From positions 1,536,001 through 1,600,000 of the forward strand of contig OY969706.1 of assembly GCA_963702095.1 (NCBI GenBank): a stretch of 64,000 nt of DNA, in the 5' to 3' direction. This document shows positions 1 through 9,946 of the stretch, one piece after another. The DNA comes from Candidatus Bathyarchaeota archaeon. Lineage in GTDB: Archaea > Thermoproteota > Bathyarchaeia > Bathyarchaeales > Bathycorpusculaceae. The notes below the pieces were generated by a model. The model had not been told where the DNA came from and did no database searches. It saw nothing but the letters and a program-made list of their open reading frames with translations. The translations under genes were made by a program, and so were the position numbers. The first letter of the stretch is position 1; every line of letters starts with the position of its first letter.

Positions 1-78
1 GAATGCGGCGACAACAATAATCATGAGCAAAATTATGGTTGCCACAAGGAGTTTGTTCTGTTGCTTCAACCAAAGCAT
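1..78 (-). CDS. 5' end of a secreted/membrane-anchored protein (runs off window)
   Basis: Manual translation from ATG at 78: MLWLKQQNKLLVATIILLMIIVVAAF, basic N-terminus plus hydrophobic stretch. Confidence 0.6.
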   Translation of the reverse strand, partial: MLWLKQQNKLLVATIILLMIIVVAAF

Positions 79-190
79 CCCACTTTAGCCGCTGCCCTAA
101 ACAAACATTAGAGCTTTATGTTAATTTATTTTTCGAATGCTCACATAGGATTGCCATACCTTAAAAAGGCTCAAAACCCATAGCCAAACA

Positions 191-475
191 GTGACTTACA
201 TGCCCGAAACGCTGAGTTTGCCCCAAAGCGTCTATGATAACCTCCTTAAAACGTCTGAGGAACTCACTTTGATGGCTAAAAAACCCATTTCCCCATCGAT
301 GACTGTGGATTTGCTTATAGAAGTTTACCGTGCCCACCTAAACAATCCCTGTGCGCTCGACGCGTTTAGCCTGCAACTGCGTAACTCAGACTTTATGCCG
401 CCTGAAGAATTCGACAAGTACTGGGACGTTACTCCTCCCAAGCCCAACCATAAGGTTAAACGGAAAAAACCCTAA
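191..475 (+). CDS. Hypothetical protein (possibly ribbon-helix-helix-like)
   Basis: 94-aa ORF filling the gap, TATA-like CTTAAAAA near 160; N-terminal TLSLPQSVYDNL pattern. Confidence 0.6.
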   Translation: MTYMPETLSLPQSVYDNLLKTSEELTLMAKKPISPSMTVDLLIEVYRAHLNNPCALDAFSLQLRNSDFMPPEEFDKYWDVTPPKPNHKVKRKKP

Positions 476-547
476 TGGGGGTAAGTGAGTAAAACAAGGG
501 AAGGGAACAGAAAGCTTACGCTTTTTTCAAGCACCCGCTTTTTGGAA

Positions 548-1207
548 TTAACTTTTATTTTTCCCTTCGCTTTTTGCGAAGTCTTCTTTGAATTTTTTAA
601 TTCCACTTTCAGTCAGTGGATGATTCCACATCTTTGCTAAAACGTCCGCGGGTATCGTTGCAATGTGTGCTCCAGCTTTAGCTGCTTCTAAAACGTGAAT
701 CGGATGCCTAATACTTGCAACGATGATTTTTGTCTTAAACCCATAGTTCTTGTAGATTTGTATTATGTCTCGAACCAGGTTCATTCCATCTTCGGATATG
801 TCATCTAGTCTTCCAATAAAAGGCGATACATAGCTTGCACCTGCCTTTGCTGCAATTAACGCTTGATTTGCACTAAATACCAGCGTTATGTTTGTTTTAA
901 CGCCTTTCGCTTCGAGTATTTTTGCAGCTTTAATTCCCTCCTGAGTAAACGCAATTTTTACAACAATGTTTTCTGCCCACTTTGCGTATGCTTCGCCCTC
1001 TTTCACTATCTCATCGCATAGGTCTGCATTTCCCTCGACGGAAATAGGTCCTTTTATCACTTTTGCAATCTCAGCAATTATCTCTTGCTGACTTTTTCCG
1101 CCTTCTCTAGCAATAAGGGTGGGATTTGTGGTTACTCCGTCGACAACTCCAAGGGCAGTTGCTTTTTTGATTTGTTCAACGTTTGCTGTGTCTAAAAAGA
1201 ACTCCAT
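548..1207 (-). CDS. tal: Transaldolase (short TalC/FSA family)
   Basis: FFLDTAN, GVTTNPTL, VVKI Schiff-base Lys, YVSPFIGRLDD, IIVASIR. Confidence 0.93.
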   Translation of the reverse strand: MEFFLDTANVEQIKKATALGVVDGVTTNPTLIAREGGKSQQEIIAEIAKVIKGPISVEGNADLCDEIVKEGEAYAKWAENIVVKIAFTQEGIKAAKILEAKGVKTNITLVFSANQALIAAKAGASYVSPFIGRLDDISEDGMNLVRDIIQIYKNYGFKTKIIVASIRHPIHVLEAAKAGAHIATIPADVLAKMWNHPLTESGIKKFKEDFAKSEGKNKS

Positions 1208-1235
1208 ACTTTTCTACCCCTAAACATTATAATAA

Positions 1236-2270
1236 TCAACTATAACTTTCTCCACTGATCACGCGCGATTCTTGTTTGCAACTCTCACGAACGAATTCGG
1301 CGATTCCCTCGGAGTCAAGCTTATATTTTTTCATAAGTTCAAGAGGTTCTCCTGATTCGCAGAATATATCTCTTATCCCATGCCTCTTTAATGTGCAGGG
1401 GGTCGATTTTCCTGATTCGCTTAAAATTTCTGCAATCGCTCCTCCGAGTCCACCTGTTATTTGATGGTCTTCTACACTGATTATTAGGCCAGTTTTTTTA
1501 GCCCAAAACCTTATTGCGTCCCCATCAATTGGCTTAATTGTGTGACAATCAATCACTGCACAGGAGATTCCTTCGGATTCAAGTTTCTCAGCTGCAATTA
1601 TCGATTCATACACTTGTGGTCCGCACGCAAAAATTGCCACATCTTCGCCATCTCGGTAAACATTTGCTTTCCCAATTGAAAAGGGAGTTGAGTGCGTGGT
1701 GAATACGGGCATTTTTTCCCGGCAAGACCGAATATAAACGGGGCTTTTTATTTTACTTGCTTCGATTGTGGCTTTTCTTGCCTCTTCAACATCTGCTGGA
1801 ACAACAACCATCATATTCGGAAGAACTCGGGTAATTGCAATGTCTTCTAAAGCTTGGTGAGATGCCCCATCTGGCCCCACTGTAACTCCAGTATGAGAAC
1901 CATGCAGTTTTACAGGCACATTATTGTAGCAAACAGAAACACGAATCTGGTCCCAATTTCTTCCAGGCGAAAAAACGCCGTATGCAGAGATAAAAACTGT
2001 TTTTCCCAAAGAAGCGATTCCCGCAGCAACGCCTGCCATGTTCTGCTCGGAGACGCCAACCTGGACAAAGCGGTCAGGAAATTTTTCGGCAAACCAGTGC
2101 GTTCTGGTACTTTCTGAAACATCGGCGGTCATTACCCATAGGTTTGGGTTTTCAGTTCCAATCTCCACTAATGCTTTTCCAAATCCGTCGCGGCTTGGTT
2201 TTTTGTTCTGGGGTGCATCGATGTTCTCGATGAGCGCCATTTGTTTATTGATTTTTGGTGAATTTACCAT
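1236..2270 (-). CDS. Transketolase C-terminal subunit
   Basis: GVSEQNM, GPDGASHQALED, TIKPID, VEDHQITGGLG. Confidence 0.93.
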   Translation of the reverse strand: MVNSPKINKQMALIENIDAPQNKKPSRDGFGKALVEIGTENPNLWVMTADVSESTRTHWFAEKFPDRFVQVGVSEQNMAGVAAGIASLGKTVFISAYGVFSPGRNWDQIRVSVCYNNVPVKLHGSHTGVTVGPDGASHQALEDIAITRVLPNMMVVVPADVEEARKATIEASKIKSPVYIRSCREKMPVFTTHSTPFSIGKANVYRDGEDVAIFACGPQVYESIIAAEKLESEGISCAVIDCHTIKPIDGDAIRFWAKKTGLIISVEDHQITGGLGGAIAEILSESGKSTPCTLKRHGIRDIFCESGEPLELMKKYKLDSEGIAEFVRESCKQESRVISGESYS

Positions 2271-2307
2271 ATTATCATCACGAAATTAGCAGATAGCATT
2301 TTGGTGT

Positions 2308-3930
2308 TTACTCTTTTTCTTCATGGCGATAGAACTTTCGCTCCTCTTCAAGGTCTTCTAGAGCGGTTATTGCTTCTTTGTCACCAGGCGATTTTCCATG
2401 CCACTCAGTGATGAATTCCATAAATGAGATATCTTTTCCAGGAACGGTATGTGCGATTATCATCGTTGGTTTATCGATTACTGTTTTAGCTTCGTTACAT
2501 GCTGAAATTATTTGTTGAATGTTGTGGCCGTCGATGTTGATTACGTGCCATCCGAATGCTCTGTATTTTTCTTCAAGTGATTCAAGCGGAAGAACCTCTT
2601 CAGTAAATCCATCGATTTGGATATTGTTCCGATCCATGATTGCAACTAGATTTCCAAGTTTAAATTTAGCTGCTAAAAGCGCTGCTTCCCATATTTGCCC
2701 CTCATTATGCTCACCATCTGAACAAACACAGTAAACGCGCCATTTCTTTTTTTCTCTCTTAGCAACAAGAGCCATTCCCACAGCAATCGAAAGTCCCTGT
2801 CCAAGAGGACCTGAACTATTCTCGATACCAGGCAAGGTTTCTCTATGAGGATGCCCCTGTAATCTTGAACCCAATTTTCTAAGCGTCATTAATTCTTCTT
2901 TGGGGAAGTATCCTGCCTCACCAAGGGTAGCATACAATCCTGGACAAACATGCCCATTAGACAGAATACATCGATCCCGACCTTCCCAATTGGGGTTTTT
3001 GGGATCGTGGTTTAAGACATTGAAGTAAAGCGCGGTGAACACGTCGGCTAAACCCATCGAGCCCGCAGGGTGACCCGATTTTGCCGCGTGAAGCATCTTT
3101 ACAATACTTTGCCTAATATTGTTTGAGAGCAGATAGAGCTCTTTTATGTCAGTAACCTTTGTTGCTCCGACGTCAACCGATGGAGTTACCTCAAGAAGCG
3201 TTTGCTTAGGCGGTTCAGTAACTAGTTTTGGGACCCCAATGTCTGCTGCCATTTCCTGTGACCAACAAGTCTGCGATTTATTTTTACCCCTAATTCCTGA
3301 CGCGTAAATATTCTTAACGGCTTCTGGAATATTTTCTGCGGCAAAAATTGCACTTGATGCTGCAAAGATATTTGCTCCTGCTTCACTAGCCCTCTCCGAA
3401 GTTGCTTGGTTTATTCCCCCATCGACTTCAATTTCGAGATTTGGGAATTTTGCTCGAAGCACACGGACTTTTGATTCGACTTCATTGATGTATTTTTGCC
3501 CGCTAAAGCCGGGGTTAACGGTCATGACTAAAACTTGCTTGACCGCTTTGTCATTAATGTAGGGGTAAAGTTCTTCGACGGGTGTGGGCGGATTAATGGC
3601 GAGACCTATTTTTCCACCAGAAGAGCGTTTTTTTTCTATTTCATTCCAATCAGTTACAGCCTCAACATGAACAAAGTGGGTGTGATTTCCAGAGATTTTT
3701 GAAATCCAGTTTTCTGGGTCCTTCACCATCCAGTGGAATTCGTAGAGGACTCCTGAAGGAAGATCTGATAAACTTTCAAGCCCAATCGTGTCATTGGGCA
3801 CAAAAATATTGTCCATGATGTCTATGTGAACGGTTTTAACGCTTGGTTTAACTTTTTCGATGTGTGCTAGCAATTCTTCTCGGCTTTTCACTAAGATTGC
3901 TGGTACGACTTCTACATCCATCTGAATCAA
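2308..3930 (-). CDS. Ribulose-5-phosphate 3-epimerase fused to transketolase N-terminal subunit
   Basis: N-half HIDIMD, EFHWMV, VMTVNPGFSGQ, EVDGGIN; C-half SGHPAGSMG, LSNGH, LQGHP, SGPLGQGLS, SDGEHNEG, WHGK. Confidence 0.9.
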   Translation of the reverse strand: MIQMDVEVVPAILVKSREELLAHIEKVKPSVKTVHIDIMDNIFVPNDTIGLESLSDLPSGVLYEFHWMVKDPENWISKISGNHTHFVHVEAVTDWNEIEKKRSSGGKIGLAINPPTPVEELYPYINDKAVKQVLVMTVNPGFSGQKYINEVESKVRVLRAKFPNLEIEVDGGINQATSERASEAGANIFAASSAIFAAENIPEAVKNIYASGIRGKNKSQTCWSQEMAADIGVPKLVTEPPKQTLLEVTPSVDVGATKVTDIKELYLLSNNIRQSIVKMLHAAKSGHPAGSMGLADVFTALYFNVLNHDPKNPNWEGRDRCILSNGHVCPGLYATLGEAGYFPKEELMTLRKLGSRLQGHPHRETLPGIENSSGPLGQGLSIAVGMALVAKREKKKWRVYCVCSDGEHNEGQIWEAALLAAKFKLGNLVAIMDRNNIQIDGFTEEVLPLESLEEKYRAFGWHVINIDGHNIQQIISACNEAKTVIDKPTMIIAHTVPGKDISFMEFITEWHGKSPGDKEAITALEDLEEERKFYRHEEKE

Positions 3931-4284
3931 CTATTAACCCAATTTCACTGCCCTATTTGCACCGCATTTTTTGCATGCGTGTTACAACATGAATGCCACT
4001 AGCTTTTAAGCCTTCATCAAAAAAGCGTTAAAAATCAATAATTGCATACGCATTTATGTTTGACCGTACCGTGGGGCAAAAAGATATTGCGAGCGCCAAA
4101 AACCATGCTTCGTACATTGGATGGGTAACTTTTTACTCCCACAGAAAACGGAAGGGTAAAACGGCCATGGACTATTTTATAGCAATGGATGTTTTGCTGT
4201 ATTTTGGCAGCTCTAAGTGCTGAGTCCACATTTTCGCCTTTTCACCGAGTTTTACTTTTGATCCTAACCTTTAAAATGAAACTT

Positions 4285-5142
4285 TCAATGTAAAAAGTCC
4301 ATTAACCGATTTTTTATGCTCACTACTGCTGCAGGACTTGGCACACTATCACTAACAACAACCTCTTTTGCCCCTGCGGCTCGAATCTTATCAAACGCGC
4401 AACCAACCAGGAGCCCATGAACTGAAGCACAAACGATTCTTCTAGCCCCACCCTTCTTACACACTTGGGCAGCCTTAACCATCGTTTCTCCACTAATAAT
4501 CATGTCATCAATCAAAATCACATCTCGACCCGCAATGTCCGCGTCGAGTTTTTCGGAAGTAATTTGCCTAAACGCGATTGGCCCATGGATGTATTCGCTG
4601 AGGGTTTTTTCCATGCTGACCCCGCCCAATTTTTCAACGAAGTGAGCGGCACCTTGGTCTGGCGCAATAAAAACAGGATCCGAAACGCGTGGTTTTACAT
4701 AATCGAATAAATCGTTGACGATTGATCGATTCTGGATTGTTAAGCCGGCAATGTTTTTTGTGTTTTCGCTTGATTCCAAGAAGTGGCAATTAAACGTAAC
4801 GAGTTCATCTAGACCTGCACTGGACAGTAACTTGATAGTCATTGTTGCAGAATCGGTTTCTCCCGGCTGGTAAATTTCATCCTGTCTCGAGTAGGGAAGA
4901 TATGGAATAATTCCAGTTACTTTTGCTGCAACTGGCTTTACTGCACTTAAAATTTGCAGAAACTGCAGAAGGCGCGTATCTTGGTCTGGGTAGCACCTGT
5001 GTAGGATGGTAACATGTTTTCCCTTTAATTTTTCGATTTGTGGAATGTAGATGTAATTTTCGCAGTCATGGAATTTTTTGATTTCAATGTTTGATTCGGC
5101 GAGGTCGGAACAGTTTGGGCTTACTAGTAGGGATTTTTCCAT
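4285..5142 (-). CDS. prs: Ribose-phosphate pyrophosphokinase (PRPP synthetase), divergent
   Basis: PYLPYSRQD, IAPDQGA, VILIDDMIISGET, VVVSDSV. Confidence 0.8.
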   Translation of the reverse strand: MEKSLLVSPNCSDLAESNIEIKKFHDCENYIYIPQIEKLKGKHVTILHRCYPDQDTRLLQFLQILSAVKPVAAKVTGIIPYLPYSRQDEIYQPGETDSATMTIKLLSSAGLDELVTFNCHFLESSENTKNIAGLTIQNRSIVNDLFDYVKPRVSDPVFIAPDQGAAHFVEKLGGVSMEKTLSEYIHGPIAFRQITSEKLDADIAGRDVILIDDMIISGETMVKAAQVCKKGGARRIVCASVHGLLVGCAFDKIRAAGAKEVVVSDSVPSPAAVVSIKNRLMDFLH

Positions 5143-5401
5143 ACCCCTACGTAGCTAGAACAGTATAAAAAGCCTACCATGTTTGATTGGCAAAGCTAAT
5201 AGTTCATAGCATCAATCCAACCGACTTTAACGGTTACAGATACCTACCGAGAAAAAGCCTGTGACAAAGGTTTGGGAATCGCTGCTTCTAAATGAGACCA
5301 GCAAATGGTGCAATCATGCCTGTCTTGGCTTATCTTTGGGGGGAGAGAGAGTTTAAAAGAACAAACACGCCATCATAATGCTGACATAAGAGGATACATA
5401 C

Positions 5402-6679
5402 ATGCCCACCAGTTTCCAGCCTGTCCGTGGAATGCGCGACCTCATCGGCGAAGAAGCCCAAACCTTCACCACCATCATAGCCAAAGCCAGACAAACCGCT
5501 GAACTCTATGGCTTCAAAGAGGTGATAACGCCGCATGTGGAGCCGCTGGAGCTGCTTAGCGCAAAATCAGGCGAAGAAATCCGCCAACGCATGTTCATCT
5601 TCAAAGACTTAGGCGAGCGTCAAGTGGCGCTACGCCCAGAATTCACTGCTTCAGTCGCCCGATTAGTGACGACGGCGCTCAAAAACGAGCCTAAGCCACT
5701 GCGATTGTTCTCTGTGGGCACGGTTTACCGTTATGATGAACCCCAAAAGGGCCGCTACCGCGAGTTTTGGCAGTCAAACTTTGAGTTAATGGGTTCCCCC
5801 CGTCCTGAGGCAGACGCTGAAATCGTGTTGCTCACCAACACCTTGATGGCATCGCTTGGGCTGCAGGGTTACGCTTTCAAAATCGGGCATATAGGCGTCA
5901 TCCGCGGCATCCTTAGCCAAGACGGCGTAGACGAGAAAACCCAGAATGCGGTGCTGCAAAAGATGGATAAGAAAGAGTACGATGCCGCGTTGGCACTTGT
6001 GACATCAGAGAAAAGCCGTCGTATACTTGAGGGCTTGATTTTGCTTAAGGGCAAAGACTGGCGTGAAACCGTTGAGCAGATGAAGGCGTATCTTGCGGAT
6101 TACATAGACGCTAGAGCTGCAGCCGACAACCTCGGTGAAATCCTAAACCTCACCGCCCAAAGTGCCAATCTAACCATAACCGTTGAACCCGCCTTCGCAC
6201 GGGGCTTAGAATATTACACTGGCATGATTTTCGAGGTGTATATACCCGAGTTGGACATTGCTTTGGGTGGCGGCGGACGCTACGACCGACTCATTGAAGT
6301 CTTCGGCGGTGACTCCACGCCTGCAGTCGGATGCGCCCACGGCATCGACCGAGTAGCCATCGCACTTCAAGAACAAAAAACCGCAGTCGGCACTAAGGGT
6401 GCAAAGAGGGTTGCGGTTGTAGCCATTACTGAGAACCAAAAAGTTGAGGCTCTCAAAATTGCCCAGACACTCCGCGCTGCAGGTATAGCAGTTGAGTTTG
6501 AGGTTATGGGCAGAAAAATGGCGAAGGCGCTTGAAGACGCCGACAAACGCAAAGCCGACTACGCGGTCATCGTTGGTGAGCGAGAACTCAAAGAGGGCAC
6601 GGTTGTGCTTAAGGATTTGGCGGACAGAAGCCAGTGTACAGTTGCATTAGCGGATTTGGCTGAGAAAATCAAAAGCTAA
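5402..6679 (+). CDS. hisS: Histidyl-tRNA synthetase
   Basis: VRGMRD, LRPEFTAS, YRYDEPQKGRYREFWQ, RGLEYYTG, GGGRYD, C-terminal anticodon-binding domain. Confidence 0.97.
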   Translation: MPTSFQPVRGMRDLIGEEAQTFTTIIAKARQTAELYGFKEVITPHVEPLELLSAKSGEEIRQRMFIFKDLGERQVALRPEFTASVARLVTTALKNEPKPLRLFSVGTVYRYDEPQKGRYREFWQSNFELMGSPRPEADAEIVLLTNTLMASLGLQGYAFKIGHIGVIRGILSQDGVDEKTQNAVLQKMDKKEYDAALALVTSEKSRRILEGLILLKGKDWRETVEQMKAYLADYIDARAAADNLGEILNLTAQSANLTITVEPAFARGLEYYTGMIFEVYIPELDIALGGGGRYDRLIEVFGGDSTPAVGCAHGIDRVAIALQEQKTAVGTKGAKRVAVVAITENQKVEALKIAQTLRAAGIAVEFEVMGRKMAKALEDADKRKADYAVIVGERELKEGTVVLKDLADRSQCTVALADLAEKIKS

Positions 6680-6707
6680 ACAGTTTTTTGCAACTTGAGG
6701 ATTACGC

Positions 6708-6824
6708 CACAACCAATCTGCAGGCTAAATCAGGCGCCTATTTCAAAACACAATTGTTCCCACAAGCCACTGGTTGTTGTTGTGTATAGGAGATTTTCGG
6801 CAACAACAAACTAAAGAAAAACAG
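6708..6824 (+). repeat. Dispersed intergenic repeat family B, copy 1
   Basis: CAACCAATCTGCA...CTGG-TTGTTGTTG-TGTATAGG...CAACAACAA-ACTAAAGAAAAACAG; similar to 11716-11830 and 51142-51256. Confidence 0.7.
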
Positions 6825-6873
6825 GTTGTCCACAGCAAAAAAGAAACAAAAAATTAAAAAACAAAAATTTGGG

Positions 6874-6890
6874 GTAAGCCAAAGGCTTAC
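6874..6890 (-). terminator. Hairpin downstream of glnA
   Basis: GTAAGCC-AAA-GGCTTAC, followed on the minus strand by T-rich tracts. Confidence 0.5.
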
Positions 6891-6902
6891 TTGTTTTTTG
6901 GG

Positions 6903-8306
6903 TTAGAGCCGTTTTATGTAGCGGTTGACTTCCCACTCGGTGACCTGTGTCCGGTAGAGGTCCCATTCATGGCGTTTCTCTTTGAGGAAGTTCTCAAAGG
7001 TGACTGGACCCAGTGTTTCCTTCATCAAATCGCTGGTTTCGAGTTCATCAAGAGATTCCTTGAGGTTCTCTGGCAGCGAGACAATGCCGCGTTCCTTGCG
7101 TTCCTCGTAGCTCATGTGGTAGACGTTTAGTTCAACTGCGTCGCCTGGGTCAATTCTGTTCTTTATACCGTCTAAGCCAGATGCGAGTAGAACTGCAAAT
7201 TGGAGGTAGGGGTTGCCTGCGCCGTCGGGGCAACGGATTTCCATTCTTGCAGCGTTCTTTCTTCCGCCAAAGTTAGGGACTCGAATGAGTGGACTGCGGT
7301 TTTTGTGTGCCCATGCAAGGTAGACAGGTGCTTCGTAGCCTGGGACGAGTCGTTTGTAACTGTTTGGCCAACTGTTAAGGACAGCAGCCATTTTGCGTCC
7401 ATGGGCGAGTTGTCCACCGATGTAGTTGCGGGCAAGGTCTGAGAGGTAACCGTTCTTTGCGTCTTCTGCGTAGAATAGGTTTTGGGTCATTTCTTTGTTC
7501 CAGAGGCTCTGGTGAGTGTGCATGCCGCTGCCGTTGATGCCTTGGAATGGTTTAGGCATGTAAGTGGTGACGTAGCCGTTGCGGGCTGCGACGACTTTGC
7601 CGCACATTTTCATTGTTATTGCGCGGTCGGCTGTTTCGAGTGCTTCGCCGTATTTGAAGTCGATTTCGTTCTGTCCTAAGGCGACTTCGTGGTGGCTGAT
7701 TTCGATTTCTATTCCGAAAGCCTCTGCGTAATCGGCGATTTCACGTCTGAGGTCGTCGGTGACGTCGCCTGGGTGAGCATCGAAGTATCCTGCTAAGTCA
7801 ATTGGAGTAGGTAAGCCGCCGGTTTCGCTTTCTTTCACTATGAAGAATTCGAGTTCGGGCGCGCAGATGAAAGTGTATCCTGCTTTTGCCGCTTTCTCTG
7901 TGGCGCGCTCAAGGATGTATCTTGGGTCGCCGTCGAAGCGTTTGTTTTGGGGTGTATAAACGTCGCATATGAGTCGGGCGGAGGCTTTTTCTTTTGGCCT
8001 CCAAGGTAATACTGCAAAAGTCGTTGGGTCTGGATAGAGGACCATGTCTGATTCTTCGATGGGTCTGTAACCAGTGATGGATGACCCGTCAAAGGATTGG
8101 CCATTTTCAAATATGCTTTCTATGTTTTTGGCGCTTACGGCTAAGTTTTTGAGGAAGCCGTTGATGTCAGTGAATTGTAGTCTGACAAATTTTATGTCTT
8201 GTTCCTGTATTTTTTGAACGATTTTTGTCACTTGTTCTTTCCATGCAGCATTTTTAAAATCCTTCATTTTTACAATACTCCTTGTGCTGTTTGGCTTGCT
8301 CTCCAT
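6903..8306 (-). CDS. glnA: Glutamine synthetase type I
   Basis: FDGSSITG, PELEFF, HHEVALGQNEIDF, MPKPFQGINGSGMHTHQS, NSYKRLVPGYEAP, RMEIRCPD. Confidence 0.97.
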   Translation of the reverse strand: MESKPNSTRSIVKMKDFKNAAWKEQVTKIVQKIQEQDIKFVRLQFTDINGFLKNLAVSAKNIESIFENGQSFDGSSITGYRPIEESDMVLYPDPTTFAVLPWRPKEKASARLICDVYTPQNKRFDGDPRYILERATEKAAKAGYTFICAPELEFFIVKESETGGLPTPIDLAGYFDAHPGDVTDDLRREIADYAEAFGIEIEISHHEVALGQNEIDFKYGEALETADRAITMKMCGKVVAARNGYVTTYMPKPFQGINGSGMHTHQSLWNKEMTQNLFYAEDAKNGYLSDLARNYIGGQLAHGRKMAAVLNSWPNSYKRLVPGYEAPVYLAWAHKNRSPLIRVPNFGGRKNAARMEIRCPDGAGNPYLQFAVLLASGLDGIKNRIDPGDAVELNVYHMSYEERKERGIVSLPENLKESLDELETSDLMKETLGPVTFENFLKEKRHEWDLYRTQVTEWEVNRYIKRL

Positions 8307-8485
8307 ATGTTATGGAATTCACATTAAACGTAAACATATTTAAGTTTATCGCTCAAACGGCATTGATAACTGTCCAGTAACTCACCGAATAATTGAAATA
8401 ATGTGGTGACGGAAAAAGAGGTTTTGCGCCGTAAAAACCAACCCAGAAACAACCCTAAACTAGTCAAACAGCCAAAAAACCACCG

Positions 8486-8962
8486 TTAACGTTCCCTGCG
8501 CAAGAAATCCCCAACATCCGACACATTCCGCACTGCAACTTCATCCAAAACCCCTTTGTCGCGCAGGTTTCCAACAATTCTGCCAAAACCTAAACATTCG
8601 CCGAATTCATTTAAAACTATAACATGCGTATTTTTCTTGCCTGAACCAAAAACGCGCAAAATACTTCTCGCAAGGATCGGCCTACCGCAGATAAAGAGCC
8701 ATGCCGCCTTGCTATCCACGATAATTCGGGCGGCATCTCTTTTAGCAATCATAGATAATAGGGTGAAGCTTGGGAAAAACTTGCCTGCCTTAGCTTTACC
8801 TAAGAAGATACCTGCATAAAAAAAGTCGCTACGCACCAGCAGAGGCTTTAACGCTGCGTTAACGAGGTAGAAGCGTCCGTTTTTTTCCACGGTTAATTCT
8901 GGATTTAGGGCAATATCGATGCCGAACTGAGCGGCAAAGTTGGTTATTGCTTTTGCATTCAC
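8486..8962 (-). CDS. NIP7-like PUA-domain ribosome biogenesis protein
   Basis: AGIFLGK, AAWLFICGR, CLGFG, C-terminal DVGDFLRRE; overlaps the stop of the RsmB/NOP2 gene. Confidence 0.8.
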   Translation of the reverse strand: MNAKAITNFAAQFGIDIALNPELTVEKNGRFYLVNAALKPLLVRSDFFYAGIFLGKAKAGKFFPSFTLLSMIAKRDAARIIVDSKAAWLFICGRPILARSILRVFGSGKKNTHVIVLNEFGECLGFGRIVGNLRDKGVLDEVAVRNVSDVGDFLRRER

Positions 8963-9846
8963 TGCGTTTTGCTCCGTTTCAGTTTACAAACAAAGAAGCC
9001 CTGTGTTTCTCCGGGCCAGATACGTTTAGATCGTGCCACAGAGGAATCAAGCCGTTTTCCAAAAATGTCTGTTAAACCGCTGTTTCCATAGCAGTCGATT
9101 TCTTGAATTTCGACGTTAAGGTGCCCTACAGCCCAATCCATGTTTAATTCGTCTTCTTCAGGTTCAAGCGAACAAGTAGAGTAAACAAGTTCTCCTTGTG
9201 CGCTGAGGCACTCTACAGCTTTGGCTAAGATTTCTCTCTGCATGGCGGCGTTGCGTTCGATGTCTTGTAGGGTGCGGTTCTTAAACCAGTTCCTGTCTGA
9301 CGCGTAGTTGCCTGAGCAGGGCGCATCAACCAGTATCCTGTCAAATTTTAGCCCCAACATGGGCGCCTGCCGTGCATCAAGCAGGTAAACCACTGTATTA
9401 GCAGTATGGCACCGCTCTAAATGATTACCAAGAGCCGCTAACCGCCGCTTATCAGCATCCAACGCCACAATCCCACCCGTGTTTTCCATGGCATCCGCTA
9501 ACTGCACGGTTTTGCCCCCGGGCGCTGCTGCACAGTCAAGCACTCTTTTGCCGCCCAGATGCGAAAAAAGCGACACGGGGATTTGAGCGGCTGCCTCCTG
9601 AATCGAGTACAAGCCGAGAAGGTACTCAGCAGTTGCGCCAGCGGAAACTTTGGAGCCCACAACCCAGTAGCCCGACTGCAAGAAAGGAATCTTTTCTAGA
9701 TGCACCCCTAAACCTGCGAGGCGTTCAATGAGGTTTTTGCCTTTTGCGTTGGAGTGGTTTAAGCGGATGGATCGCCGCAGCTGTACCTCTCGGAGTTGCC
9801 AGCCTAGCTGCCTGTAGCGGTCTTGGAAGAATTCTTTTCCCGACAT
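8959..9846 (-). CDS. RsmB/NOL1/NOP2 family RNA m5C methyltransferase
   Basis: DCAAAPGGKT, ILVDAPCSG, VYSTCSLEPEE; start moved to ATG 9846 (MSGKEFF) to avoid overlap with the divergent gene. Confidence 0.92.
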   Translation of the reverse strand: MSGKEFFQDRYRQLGWQLREVQLRRSIRLNHSNAKGKNLIERLAGLGVHLEKIPFLQSGYWVVGSKVSAGATAEYLLGLYSIQEAAAQIPVSLFSHLGGKRVLDCAAAPGGKTVQLADAMENTGGIVALDADKRRLAALGNHLERCHTANTVVYLLDARQAPMLGLKFDRILVDAPCSGNYASDRNWFKNRTLQDIERNAAMQREILAKAVECLSAQGELVYSTCSLEPEEDELNMDWAVGHLNVEIQEIDCYGNSGLTDIFGKRLDSSVARSKRIWPGETQGFFVCKLKRSKTQ

Positions 9847-9946
9847 CAACTGAGAACGTGCTTGCGGGGGATAAAAGCTTTTCAAGCCTCGGGTAAGATA
9901 TCTAAAAGCTTTTAGGGGGACAACAGACAACATAGTGTGATTCGAA

